Source: Pseudomonadales bacterium (GTDB taxonomy: Bacteria > Pseudomonadota > Gammaproteobacteria > Pseudomonadales > M0112). Taken from it: a stretch of 64,000 bases of DNA. Where the stretch lies: contig DATCSK010000014.1 in assembly GCA_036568505.1 (NCBI GenBank), positions 13,022 through 77,021 of the forward strand, in the 5' to 3' direction. The notes under the pieces are model-generated. The model did not search any database. It was not told where the DNA came from and worked only from the letters and a program-made list of their open reading frames with translations. This document shows, piece by piece, positions 1 to 10,518 of this stretch. Position numbers and translations under genes: made by a program. Positions within the stretch are counted from its first letter, which is position 1; each line of letters opens with the position of its first letter.

Positions 1-107
1 CCTGATGGGATGCGATCTATTTTTCCGCCGCCTTTCAGAAACTGAGCAATGTGGGATCCCAGTTCTTCGCGAGTCAAGGATGCATTTTTACTGGATTGTT
101 TTGCCAC
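1..107 (-). CDS. hypothetical protein, N-terminal fragment (gene continues past the left edge of the window)
   Basis: Absent from the ORF track because the window edge truncates it. A minus-strand GTG at 107-105 lies 3 nt after the ectC stop (113-111) and 7 nt after an AAGGA Shine-Dalgarno-like motif. The frame stays open to the edge: VAKQSSKNASLTREELGSHIAQFLKGGGKIDRIPSG... Family not securely recognised. Confidence 0.35.
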   Translation of the reverse strand, partial: MAKQSSKNASLTREELGSHIAQFLKGGGKIDRIPS

Positions 108-110
108 GGC

Positions 111-503
111 TTAATCCTTGTTGGCTTCTAATGGGTAGGCGCCGGAGGCATCGTGCACCTCTTGCCCGGTGAGTGGTGGATTGAATACGCAAGCCATGAT
201 CATTTCTGTTTTCGCACGCAGCGTGTGTTTGTCGTGCTTGTTGAGAGCGTACAGCGTGCCGGGCTCAATGGCATGCACCACGCCGCTGTCGGTTTCTTCA
301 ATTTCTCCCTCACCGGATAGGCAAAAAACCGACTCAAGATGATTTTTATAATGCATCGGCAGCTCGGCATTTTTGAAAATGGTGGTGATATGGAATGAAA
401 ATCCCATGCCGTCTGATTTTAACAGCAGGCGAATGCTTTCCCAGCCATTGCTTGTGACTTTGCGTTCACTGTTGACGGCATCAGCTAGCGTCCGGATGAT
501 CAT
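111..503 (-). CDS. ectC: L-ectoine synthase
   Basis: 130-aa cupin-type protein with typical EctC sequence ([41 protein letters not shown]). It is the last gene of an ectA-ectB-ectC array. Confidence 0.95.
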   Translation of the reverse strand: MIIRTLADAVNSERKVTSNGWESIRLLLKSDGMGFSFHITTIFKNAELPMHYKNHLESVFCLSGEGEIEETDSGVVHAIEPGTLYALNKHDKHTLRAKTEMIMACVFNPPLTGQEVHDASGAYPLEANKD

Positions 504-512
504 GGTAATTCC

Positions 513-2421
<1,909 letters not shown>

Positions 2422-2482
2422 AACGGCTTGATTTGCAATCAGTTTCCTTAGTTATTCAAACTAAATAAAAGAATATTTTCTT

Positions 2483-2511
2483 TTACAATTAATTGGTTGC
2501 ATTTATTGTAA
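2483..2511. promoter_or_regulatory. candidate operator / overlapping divergent -10 elements in the ectA-ectR control region
   Basis: Inverted repeat TTACAAT-N15-ATTGTAA (2483-2489 / 2505-2511) enclosing a perfect 10-bp palindrome CAATTAATTG (2486-2495), inside the very AT-rich 187-bp spacer. Each arm reads TACAAT on one strand, and the minus-strand copy is preceded by TGt (extended -10-like). A separate TATAAT at 2563-2568 lies 40 nt upstream of the MarR ATG. Confidence 0.35.
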
Positions 2512-2608
2512 CAAATATATGATTAGAGTTCTAAGTAATAGCGTTGATTTATGCAGTCCCTCTATAATGAGCGCCTTCTGGGGTGTTTAGCCCTGAATAG
2601 AGAAACTT

Positions 2609-3094
2609 ATGGATCCTATTGATGATGTTCTCATTGCGTTGCGGCGAGTGATTCGTGCGGCGGATTTGCGATCCCGTCAACTCGTCAAGATGAGTGGGCT
2701 CACGGCGCCGCAGTTGCTGGTGTTGCAATCCATTCGCAACAAGGGTTCGGTCTCCAGTGGCGAGTTGGCGCGGGATATCAGTGTCAGTCAGGCAACGGTG
2801 ACGACGATTCTGGATCGTTTGGAGAAGAAAGCATTTGTGGTTCGGCAGCGCTCTGAAAAAGATAAGCGCAAAGTCATGGTGTCGTTGACGGCGGCAGGGT
2901 CTGCGTCATTAGAGGCTGCTCCCCAGCCCTTGCAGGAAAATTTTGTGCGTCAGTTTCAGGCGCTGCAACAGTGGGAGCAGACCCAGATTATTGCCTCCTT
3001 GCAACGAGTGGTTCAAATGATGGGAGCGCAACACATTGATGCATCGCCCGTGCTGGATGTCGGTGCACTCGATCGCACGGAAAGCCCGCTTTAA
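2609..3094 (+). CDS. MarR-family transcriptional regulator, EctR-like by position (divergent from ectABC)
   Basis: 161-aa winged-helix MarR-type sequence (LTAPQLLVLQSIRNKGSVSSGELARDISVSQATVTTILDRLEKKAFVVRQRSEKDKRKV). The divergent position next to ectA mirrors the EctR arrangement described in halotolerant methylotrophs. Confidence 0.85.
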   Translation: MDPIDDVLIALRRVIRAADLRSRQLVKMSGLTAPQLLVLQSIRNKGSVSSGELARDISVSQATVTTILDRLEKKAFVVRQRSEKDKRKVMVSLTAAGSASLEAAPQPLQENFVRQFQALQQWEQTQIIASLQRVVQMMGAQHIDASPVLDVGALDRTESPL

Positions 3095-3143
3095 TGCCAT
3101 TCTGCCTGTATATTTTTAACTGCTAATAAGGCTTCGATCGGTA

Positions 3144-3746
3144 ATGGAATTATTTAAGTCAGCATCGCTGCTATTTGTATTGCTCAATCCCTTTTTGATG
3201 AGCATCTACTTGATGACGCTGATCCGTGAATTGTCACTGGCCGACTTTTCTCGGGTGATGATCAGGGCGCACCTGATCAGTGGCGTTGTGTTTGTGATTT
3301 TTGCTATTGCCGGTGAAAGCATTTTTGAAACGGTATTCAAGGTTCGATTTGCTTCTTTTCTGATATTTGGAGGCATTATTTTCCTTCTTATTGGCGTGCG
3401 GTCAGTTTTTTCAGGACAGATCATTCTCTTTGAGACACGAGGCGATCCGGAGTATATGGCCGGCGCGGTGGCTATGCCTTTTATGATTGCGCCGGGTACG
3501 ATTAGTGCCAGTGTCTTAATAGGCTCGTCATTATCCACAGCAAGTGCTGCATTCAGTATTGCGATTGCCGTCAGTCTGTCGCTTCTATCGATCATGTTAT
3601 TTAAATACCTCCACGATCCTTTAAAAGAGAAGCACGAGCGTCTGTTGAATCGTTATGTCGAGGTTATAGGCAGAGTGGTGGCTATTTTTACCGGTACGTA
3701 TGCGATTGAAATGATTGTGAGGGGTGTCGAGACCCTGTTCTTTTAA
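3144..3746 (+). CDS. MarC-family (UPF0056) integral membrane protein
   Basis: 200-aa polytopic membrane protein with MarC-like motifs (LLNPF near the N-terminus, AMPFMIAPGTISASVLIG centrally). Low G+C. Confidence 0.7.
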   Translation: MELFKSASLLFVLLNPFLMSIYLMTLIRELSLADFSRVMIRAHLISGVVFVIFAIAGESIFETVFKVRFASFLIFGGIIFLLIGVRSVFSGQIILFETRGDPEYMAGAVAMPFMIAPGTISASVLIGSSLSTASAAFSIAIAVSLSLLSIMLFKYLHDPLKEKHERLLNRYVEVIGRVVAIFTGTYAIEMIVRGVETLFF

Positions 3747-3777
3747 CGAGTAAGCTTCACCCGTTCGTACCACCCAA

Positions 3778-3810
3778 TAAAAATGCCACCGCAAGGGTGG
3801 CATTTTTATT
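3778..3810. terminator. bidirectional rho-independent terminator between marC-like gene and tRNA
   Basis: AATAAAAATGCCACC-gcaag-GGTGGCATTTTTATT: an 8-bp GC-containing stem flanked by an A-run on one side and a T-run on the other, so it can terminate both the + strand gene and the minus-strand rpoD/tRNA transcript. Confidence 0.75.
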
Positions 3811-3813
3811 GGG

Positions 3814-3890
3814 TGGTGGGCCCACCAGGACTTGAACCTGGGACCAATCGATTATGAGTCGACTGCTCTAACCAGCTGAGCTATGGGCCC
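3814..3890 (-). tRNA. ileX: tRNA-Ile2 (anticodon CAU, lysidine-type); formally CAU = Met anticodon
   Basis: 77-nt cloverleaf: GGGCCCA TA GCTC AGCTGGTTA GAGC A GTCGA CTCATAA TCGAT TGGTC CCAGG TTCAAGT CCTGG TGGGCCC ACCA. The anticodon stem/loop, variable loop (TTGGTC), C4/C5 acceptor positions and T-arm closely resemble E. coli ileX rather than elongator tRNA-Met. It lies 8 nt downstream of rpoD. Confidence 0.9.
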
Positions 3891-3898
3891 TTGATCGA

Positions 3899-5788
3899 CT
3901 ATTCGTCCAAGAAGCTGCGCAGGTGCTCGGAGCGGCTCGGGTGGCGAAGTTTGCGTAAGGCCTTGGCTTCTATTTGGCGAATGCGCTCACGCGTGACGTC
4001 AAACTGTTTGCCCACCTCTTCCAGCGTGTGATCGGTGTTCATGTCGATACCAAAGCGCATCCGCAATACCTTGGCTTCGCGTGCAGTCAAACTGGCCAGG
4101 ACGTGCTTGGTGGTTTCGCTCAGGCCTTCGCTGGTGGCCGAATCAATGGGCGATGACACGTTCGCGTCTTCAATGAAATCACCGAGACTGGAATCTTCGT
4201 CGTCACCGATGGGCGTTTCCATGGAGATCGGCTCTTTGGCGATCTTGAGTACTTTGCGAATCTTGTCTTCGGGCATTTCCATGCGTTCGCCGAGTTCTTC
4301 GGGCGTTGGTTCGCGACCCATCTCTTGCAGCATCTGCCGTGAAATACGGTTGAGCTTGTTGATGGTTTCGATCATGTGCACCGGAATACGAATGGTGCGC
4401 GCCTGATCGGCGATCGAGCGGGTAATGGCCTGGCGAATCCACCACGTGGCATAGGTCGAGAACTTGTAGCCGCGACGGTATTCAAACTTATCAACGGCTT
4501 TCATCAGACCGATGTTGCCTTCCTGGATAAGATCCAAAAATTGCAGGCCGCGGTTGGTGTATTTTTTGGCAATCGAGATCACCAGACGCAGGTTGGCTTC
4601 AACCATTTCTTTTTTGGCGCGGCGGGCGCGAGCTTCACCAATCGACATGCGACGGTGAATTTCTTTGATCTCGCTGATTTGCAGGCCAACTTGTGCTTCG
4701 ATTTCAATGAACTTGCCCTGCACGCGTTTAATTTCTTCGCGCATTTCAGGGGTAAAGTTTTTTGACCACTTGGGTTTGGTGCGCGACAGATTGTCGGACC
4801 ACTTCTGGTTGGTTTCATTGCCCTGGAAGCGGCTGATGAATTCCTGACGCGGCATTTTTGCCTTGCGAATGCACAGTGTCATGATTTCGCGTTCACGTTC
4901 GCGAATGGCCTGCAGGGTGGTGCGCGAGTCGGTGAGAATGGGTTCGATCAGGCGGGGGGTCAGTTTCAGGTACTTGAAAATTTCACCCAGTGCATCGAGT
5001 TGTTTGTGTGTGCTGGCATGGCTGCGGCCGTAGCGCTTGATGCTGCGGTCGGCTTTTTCCATTTGCTTGGCGAGTGCGTCAAAGCGGTTTTTGGCTTCGA
5101 CGGGATCGGGCCCGTTGTCGCTGTCATCGCTGTCGCTGTCGCTGTCGTCGTCATCGTCGTCGCTGTCGTCGTCATCGCCATTTTCGGCTTTGGCAGCGGC
5201 AGCTTCTTCCTCTTCCTTTTCTTTGGCAGCGGCAATTTCAGCGGCCGAGGGTACATGCTCCATGGGATCGAGATAGCCGAGCAGTACGTCGGAGAGTTTG
5301 CGTTCTTCGGTGCTGGTGAGCGCGTAGTCATCCAGCACTTTTTGTACGGCACCCGGATACCATGCCAAGGCGGCCATTAATTCGCGGGTGCCTTCTTCAA
5401 TGCGTTTGGCGATGGCGATTTCGCCTTCGCGTGTCAGCAGTTCGACAGTGCCCATTTCGCGCATGTACATGCGCACGGGGTCGGTGGTGCGGCCGGCTTC
5501 GGATTCGACGGAGGCGAGAATGCCGGCGGCCTCTTCAACCGCGTCATCGTCCGGCGAGTCGGTGCCGGCCATCAGCAGGGTGTCGGCATCGGGCGTTTCT
5601 TCGAACACCTGAATGCCGATATCGTTCAGGTTTTGAATGATGTCTTCGACCTGCTCGGGGTCGGTGATGTCATCCGGCAGATGATCATTGACCTCGGCAT
5701 AGGTGAGATAACCCTGTTCGCGCCCAAGGGCGATCAGGTCTTTCAAACGTGAGGGTGAAGGCTGCTGGCTGCTGGCTGCGTCACTCAT
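3899..5788 (-). CDS. rpoD: RNA polymerase sigma factor RpoD (sigma-70)
   Basis: 629 aa with all sigma-70 regions recognisable (YLREMG-type 1.2, [39 protein letters not shown], region 4 [28 protein letters not shown]). Confidence 0.98.
   Translation of the reverse strand: MSDAASSQQPSPSRLKDLIALGREQGYLTYAEVNDHLPDDITDPEQVEDIIQNLNDIGIQVFEETPDADTLLMAGTDSPDDDAVEEAAGILASVESEAGRTTDPVRMYMREMGTVELLTREGEIAIAKRIEEGTRELMAALAWYPGAVQKVLDDYALTSTEERKLSDVLLGYLDPMEHVPSAAEIAAAKEKEEEEAAAAKAENGDDDDSDDDDDDSDSDSDDSDNGPDPVEAKNRFDALAKQMEKADRSIKRYGRSHASTHKQLDALGEIFKYLKLTPRLIEPILTDSRTTLQAIREREREIMTLCIRKAKMPRQEFISRFQGNETNQKWSDNLSRTKPKWSKNFTPEMREEIKRVQGKFIEIEAQVGLQISEIKEIHRRMSIGEARARRAKKEMVEANLRLVISIAKKYTNRGLQFLDLIQEGNIGLMKAVDKFEYRRGYKFSTYATWWIRQAITRSIADQARTIRIPVHMIETINKLNRISRQMLQEMGREPTPEELGERMEMPEDKIRKVLKIAKEPISMETPIGDDEDSSLGDFIEDANVSSPIDSATSEGLSETTKHVLASLTAREAKVLRMRFGIDMNTDHTLEEVGKQFDVTRERIRQIEAKALRKLRHPSRSEHLRSFLDE
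5117..5178. repeat. imperfect trinucleotide (GTC/GCT/ATC) tract inside rpoD
   Basis: tgtcgctgtcatcgctgtcgctgtcgctgtcgtcgtcatcgtcgtcgctgtcgtcgtcatcgc encodes the run [22 protein letters not shown] in the non-conserved acidic linker of sigma-70. Confidence 0.7.
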
Positions 5789-5834
5789 AGAAATCCCTGT
5801 GGCGACTGTTCATGGGGGGCAAAGAAAGCCGACT

Positions 5835-5843
5835 ATTATACCA
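5835..5843 (-). promoter_or_regulatory. candidate extended -10 promoter for rpoD
   Basis: The minus strand reads TGGTATAAT (TGn plus a perfect TATAAT) about 45 nt upstream of the rpoD ATG, in the 135-nt dnaG-rpoD spacer. No convincing -35. Confidence 0.45.
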
Positions 5844-5923
5844 CAAAACCCGCTACTCACTGGGCTCTGGGCCAGTAAATTCGGCAGGGGTTTCCACGGA
5901 TATGGCGGTTCTGGGCCCTGGTT

Positions 5924-7753
5924 TCAAGCCCCGGAGCGGTTTTTATCGGCTTTCGGCTGGAATAACGCCTGAAAACGCTGTTTTTGCTCGGGACTCAAGT
6001 CACTGTAGTTCAGCGGCAGGCCTTCTGCCAGTTCAGCTTGCAGTTGGCGGGTTGGGCGCTTGGCGGCTTCCTGTGCAAGGCGTGCGAGGCAGCCTATGAA
6101 CTCATGACGGAGCGCCTCGTGCGAGGTCAGCAGCGGGTTATAGGTCGCCAGTCGTGCGAGCAAGCTGCGTTCCTCGGCATCGCCCCAGTAACTGAGCAGG
6201 CCGGCGACGCTGCTGTCTGGCCGGGCCTGAATCTCCGCAATGAGCTTGAGCAGCAACTCGGTATCGGGGCTGTCGAGCGCGGCGAGTGCGCTCTCATTCA
6301 GCGGGTTGGCATGCGCAGCCAATTGCGGGTTGAACAGCAGGTAGCCCATGGCCTGATGCGCGGCTCCGAGTTGCGGGCTGCGTTGTGCGGCCGGAGGGCT
6401 GGCGGCATCCTGCGGTGGCGGTGGTTCGGGTCGTTCACGGGGCGGCGTGGGTGGCGCGTCATGACCGCCGAGTTGCTGCTCCATGCGATGCGCGTCCAGC
6501 CCCGTTTGCTTGGCCAGTTCGGCGATCAGCAGGCTGCGGAACAGGCCGGCAGGGACTTGGGCAATCAAGGCCAGTGCGTTGCGGGCAATGCGGGCCCGGC
6601 CGTCAGGGCTTTGGCTGTCTTGACCCGTGGCGGCGGTGCGCAGCAGAAAAGCCGACAGCGGTTCGGCATGGGCAATGCGCTCTGCGAACGCCGCGCGGCC
6701 TTCTTTTTGCACCAGGCTGTCGGGGTCTTCGCCGTCGGGCAAAAACATAAAGCGCACCATGCGCCCGTCCTGCAGGGTGGGCAGGCTGACTTCCAGCGCC
6801 CGGTGAGCGGCTTTTAAACCGGCGTTGTCGCCATCAAAACAGAAGATGACTTCGCTGGTGTGGCGAAACAAGCGTTCCAGATGCGCGCGACCGACCGCCG
6901 TGCCCAATGTGGCGACCGCTTGATGAATGCCGTGCTCGGCCAGCATCACCACGTCCATGTAACCTTCGACGACCAGCAGGCGATCCATGCTGGCACCGGC
7001 AAGGCGTGCCTCGAACAGGCCGTAGAGCTCGCGGCTTTTATGGAAAACGGGCGTTTCCGGGGAGTTCAAGTACTTGGGTTTGTCGTCGCCGAGCACGCGG
7101 CCGCCAAAGGCAATCACGCGGCCGCGGCCGTCGCGAATCGGGAACATCACGCGGTGCCGGAAGCGGTCGTAGCGTTTGCTGTCTTCGCCTTCGACCACCA
7201 TGCCGGATTCAATCAGCTCATGCAGTGCGGCATCGTCGGTGCCGAACCTCTTGAGAACGTTATCCCAGCCGGCAGGGGCAAACCCGATGCGGTAATCGCG
7301 CGCGGTTTTGCCGGATATGCCACGCTTTTTCAGGTAATGAATGGCCTCGGGGGAGTTCTTTAGTTGGCTGTAATACCACTCGCTGAGTTCTGCGAGGCGG
7401 TCATAGAGTGTGCGTTCACGGCGCTGTTGCTGTTCGGCCTGCGGGCTTAATTGTTCGCGCGGGACATCCAGTCCGGCGCGACGTGCCAGGCGTTCAACGG
7501 CTTCTACAAACGGCAGATGCTCGTGCGCCATCAAGAAGCCGAGCGCATTGCCGCCGGCGCCACAGCCAAAACAGTAATAGAACTGCTTGTCGGGACTGAC
7601 GCTGAAGGAGGGGGTTTTTTCCTGATGAAACGGGCAGCAGGCACTGTAATTGCGCCCGCTTTTTTTCAGTTTGACGGCCGCATCAATGACTTCGACGATA
7701 TCGGTGCGGTCGAGCAGCTGGTCAATGAAGGATTGCGGTATGCGGCCTGACAT
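5924..7753 (-). CDS. dnaG: DNA primase
   Basis: 609 aa with the zinc-ribbon motif CPFHQEKTPSFSVSPDKQFYYCFGCGAGGNALGFLM and a TOPRIM region (LLVVEGYMDVV, FCFDGDNAG). Confidence 0.97.
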   Translation of the reverse strand: MSGRIPQSFIDQLLDRTDIVEVIDAAVKLKKSGRNYSACCPFHQEKTPSFSVSPDKQFYYCFGCGAGGNALGFLMAHEHLPFVEAVERLARRAGLDVPREQLSPQAEQQQRRERTLYDRLAELSEWYYSQLKNSPEAIHYLKKRGISGKTARDYRIGFAPAGWDNVLKRFGTDDAALHELIESGMVVEGEDSKRYDRFRHRVMFPIRDGRGRVIAFGGRVLGDDKPKYLNSPETPVFHKSRELYGLFEARLAGASMDRLLVVEGYMDVVMLAEHGIHQAVATLGTAVGRAHLERLFRHTSEVIFCFDGDNAGLKAAHRALEVSLPTLQDGRMVRFMFLPDGEDPDSLVQKEGRAAFAERIAHAEPLSAFLLRTAATGQDSQSPDGRARIARNALALIAQVPAGLFRSLLIAELAKQTGLDAHRMEQQLGGHDAPPTPPRERPEPPPPQDAASPPAAQRSPQLGAAHQAMGYLLFNPQLAAHANPLNESALAALDSPDTELLLKLIAEIQARPDSSVAGLLSYWGDAEERSLLARLATYNPLLTSHEALRHEFIGCLARLAQEAAKRPTRQLQAELAEGLPLNYSDLSPEQKQRFQALFQPKADKNRSGA

Positions 7754-7798
7754 GAGTGTGTTGCCGGAGCAGGATCTGGTCGAACAGTATAGCGGAGC

Positions 7799-8251
7799 TT
7801 AGCTGGCGAGGCGGGTTTTGACGCGGGCGCTGACGGCGGTCATGTCAGCCCGGCCGGCGGTGCGTTCTTTCAGTATGGCCATGACTTTGCCCATATCGCG
7901 CGCGCCGCTGGCGCCGGTTTCGGTGATCGCCTCTTGAATCAGGGCATCGATTTCGTCGTCGCTTAAACCGGCAGGCAAAAAGCCTTCAATCACGGCGATT
8001 TCGGCAATTTCCTTGTCGGCCAGATCGTGGCGGTCGGCGGCTTGGTATTGCTGGGTAGAATCGCGGCGTTGCTTGAGCATGCGATTCAAGACGGTCAGCA
8101 CGTCGGCATCCGAGAGCTCGCGGCGTTCGTCCACTTCAATGCGTTTGATATCAGAGAGCATCAGCCGAATCGTGGAGAGACGGGCTTTATCGCCAGCGCG
8201 CAAAGCAGCCTTCATGGCTTCGGTGATTTGTGCCTTGAGTGTTTCGGGCAT
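7799..8251 (-). CDS. GatB/YqeY domain-containing protein
   Basis: The sequence from MPETLKAQITEAMKAALRAGDK... has a typical YqeY-type layout and sits between rpsU and dnaG as in pseudomonads. Start moved to ATG 8251; the longer ORF would nearly abut rpsU. Confidence 0.85.
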   Translation of the reverse strand: MPETLKAQITEAMKAALRAGDKARLSTIRLMLSDIKRIEVDERRELSDADVLTVLNRMLKQRRDSTQQYQAADRHDLADKEIAEIAVIEGFLPAGLSDDEIDALIQEAITETGASGARDMGKVMAILKERTAGRADMTAVSARVKTRLAS

Positions 8252-8287
8252 CAATAGAGCGGGTGTGGGATAAGCCCACACCGTGCC

Positions 8288-8506
8288 TCAGTGACCCGGA
8301 CGGACGAAGCGGCGGTTTTCGCGCTGCAGCTTCTTTTGATGACGTTTAACGGCGGCAGCGGCTTTGCGCTTGCGCTCGGTCGTGGGCTTTTCGTACGCTT
8401 CACGACGACGTACTTCGGCGAGAACGCCGGCTTTTTCACAAGAACGCTTGAAGCGGCGCAGGGCCACATCAAAGGGTTCGTTTTCCTTCATCTTGATCGA
8501 AGGCAT
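8288..8506 (-). CDS. rpsU: 30S ribosomal protein S21
   Basis: [48 protein letters not shown]... An AGGTGA SD lies 6 nt upstream of ATG 8506. Confidence 0.95.
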   Translation of the reverse strand: MPSIKMKENEPFDVALRRFKRSCEKAGVLAEVRRREAYEKPTTERKRKAAAAVKRHQKKLQRENRRFVRPGH

Positions 8507-8635
8507 CCACATTCACCTGTCTTGGCTGGTTGTGAGCGGCGGTTGGCCTGCTCGGGGTTTCTCAGGGGGGCGAATTCTACCGGCTGGTCTGGCAAAATGC
8601 AAAGCTTCTCCACGAGCAAAACGAAGGGTTCTGGC

Positions 8636-9667
8636 ATGCGGGTGCTGGGTATCGAGACTTCCTGCGACGAAACCGGGGTTGCTGTTTATGACAGCGAGCG
8701 CGGCTTGCTGGCGCACACCCTGTTCAGTCAGGTGGCTTTGCATGAGGCGTACGGCGGTGTGGTGCCGGAATTGGCCTCCCGCGACCATATCCGCAAGTTG
8801 CTGCCTTTGGTGGACGAGGTGCTCGGCCAGGCCGGTATCAAGGCCGACGCACTGGATGGCGTGGCCTTTACCGCAGGGCCCGGTTTGATGGGGGCTTTAC
8901 TGGTGGGGGCGATGGCGGGTCGGGCCATGGCTTGGGCTTGGAATGTGCCGGCCATCGAGGTGCATCACATGGAAGGCCATTTGTTGGCGCCGATGCTGGA
9001 AGACCGGCCGCCGGCATTTCCGTTCGTGGCGTTGCTGGTCTCCGGTGGGCACACCCAATTGGTTGAGGTCCGGGGCATCGGCCAATACCGGTTGTTGGGC
9101 GAATCGGTGGATGATGCGGCCGGTGAAGCGTTCGATAAGACGGCCAAATTACTGGGGTTGGGGTATCCCGGTGGGCCGGCGTTGGCGCGGCTGGCATCAA
9201 GCGGTACCGCGGGGCGTTACGGTTTCCCACGACCGATGACGCAAAAACCCGGGCTGGATTTCAGTTTCAGTGGTTTAAAAACGCACGCGCTGACGGTGAT
9301 TCGTGCCGCAGAAGCCGCCGGCACGCTGGATGACGCCATGCGTGCGGATATCGCTTGCGCATTTGAAGAGGCGGTTGTCGACACCTTGGTGATTAAATGC
9401 CGGCGTGCCCTGGAGGCCACCGGCTTGTCGTGTCTGGTGATTGCCGGCGGGGTGAGTGCGAATCAGCGTCTGCGTGCGCAATTGAACGCATTCAGTGAAT
9501 CCACGGGGGTTGCGGTGTGTTTGCCGCGACCCGCTTTTTGTACGGATAACGGTGCCATGATTGCCTTTGCCGGCTGTCAGCGTTTGTTGGCCGGCGAGTC
9601 TGCCGGCTTGTCACTCAATACGCGCGCACGTTGGCCCATGACGGAATTATCGCCACCGGCGGCTTAG
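8636..9667 (+). CDS. tsaD: tRNA N6-adenosine threonylcarbamoyltransferase
   Basis: [19 protein letters not shown]..., [16 protein letters not shown]: classic TsaD/Gcp. The first 115 codons of the track ORF (8291-8635) run antisense to rpsU and are discarded. Confidence 0.95.
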   Translation: MRVLGIETSCDETGVAVYDSERGLLAHTLFSQVALHEAYGGVVPELASRDHIRKLLPLVDEVLGQAGIKADALDGVAFTAGPGLMGALLVGAMAGRAMAWAWNVPAIEVHHMEGHLLAPMLEDRPPAFPFVALLVSGGHTQLVEVRGIGQYRLLGESVDDAAGEAFDKTAKLLGLGYPGGPALARLASSGTAGRYGFPRPMTQKPGLDFSFSGLKTHALTVIRAAEAAGTLDDAMRADIACAFEEAVVDTLVIKCRRALEATGLSCLVIAGGVSANQRLRAQLNAFSESTGVAVCLPRPAFCTDNGAMIAFAGCQRLLAGESAGLSLNTRARWPMTELSPPAA

Positions 9668-9676
9668 GGAGCATCA

Positions 9677-10036
9677 ATGGACATTGTTTATATACGCGAC
9701 ATGAAAGTGGATACGATTATTGGTATTTACGATTGGGAGCGCGAGATTCGTCAAACGGTCAGTCTGGATCTGGAAATGGCAGCCGACATTCGCAAGGCCG
9801 GCCGCAGCGACCATATTGATGACACCTTGAATTACAAAGCGGTTGCCAAACGGTTGATTGCGTTTATTGAAGAAAGCGACTTTCAACTGGTCGAAACATT
9901 GGCCGAGCGCGTTGCCGCGATTGTGCTCGATGAGTTCAATGTGCCGTGGCTGCGTTTGCGTTTATCCAAGCCGGGTGCGGTGCGGGGGGCGCGTGATGTG
10001 GGCGTGGTGATTGAACGCGGAGACAAGCCGGCATGA
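9677..10036 (+). CDS. folB: dihydroneopterin aldolase
   Basis: 119 aa with IIGIYDWEREIRQTVSLDLEM and DTLNYKAV motifs. Overlaps folK by 4 nt. Confidence 0.9.
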   Translation: MDIVYIRDMKVDTIIGIYDWEREIRQTVSLDLEMAADIRKAGRSDHIDDTLNYKAVAKRLIAFIEESDFQLVETLAERVAAIVLDEFNVPWLRLRLSKPGAVRGARDVGVVIERGDKPA

Positions 10037-10518
10037 CGCAGGTTTACGTCAGCATCGGTAGCAACGTTGATCGTGAGCGCCATGTGCGCGCGGCATTGGC
10101 AGCATTGGAAAAAGAATTTGGTGCGTTACGGGTGTCGCCGATTTATGAAACCGAGGCGGTCGGCTTTAAAGGTGCTGCGTTTTATAATCTGGTGGCCGGT
10201 TTTGATACCGATTGCAGTGTGGCGGCATTGTCAGCTTGGTTACGTGCGCTGGAAGATGCGCACGGTCGTGTGCGCGGCGATGCCAGGTTCAGTGATCGCA
10301 CCCTGGATGTGGATTTGCTGGTGTACGGCGATGCCTCGGGCATGGTTGATGGCGTGCAATTGCCGCGCGATGAAACCACGCGCTATGCCTTTGTGTTAAA
10401 GCCGTTGGTGGATATTGATCCGGCATTGATTTTGCCCGGCGAGAGCGCCGACTGCCAAACCTTGTGGCAGCAGCATCCGGATGTTCATGTCCGGATGCCG
10501 GTGGTTGCGCTGGATTAG
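10033..10518 (+). CDS. folK: 2-amino-4-hydroxy-6-hydroxymethyldihydropteridine diphosphokinase
   Basis: 161-aa HPPK-like protein (VYVSIGSNVDRE, SPIYETEAVG, RTLDVDLL), coupled to folB. Confidence 0.9.
   Translation: MTQVYVSIGSNVDRERHVRAALAALEKEFGALRVSPIYETEAVGFKGAAFYNLVAGFDTDCSVAALSAWLRALEDAHGRVRGDARFSDRTLDVDLLVYGDASGMVDGVQLPRDETTRYAFVLKPLVDIDPALILPGESADCQTLWQQHPDVHVRMPVVALD

Noticed and set aside
5000-5380. Several + strand ORFs with striking repeats (for example [40 protein letters not shown]).
   Set aside because: They are mirror images of the acidic trinucleotide tract inside rpoD and therefore repeat-generated artefacts.
8291-8635. The first 115 codons of the 458-aa + strand ORF that contains tsaD.
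   Set aside because: This part runs antisense through rpsU and its promoter region and has no TsaD similarity. The conserved TsaD N-terminus ([14 protein letters not shown]) begins at ATG 8636.
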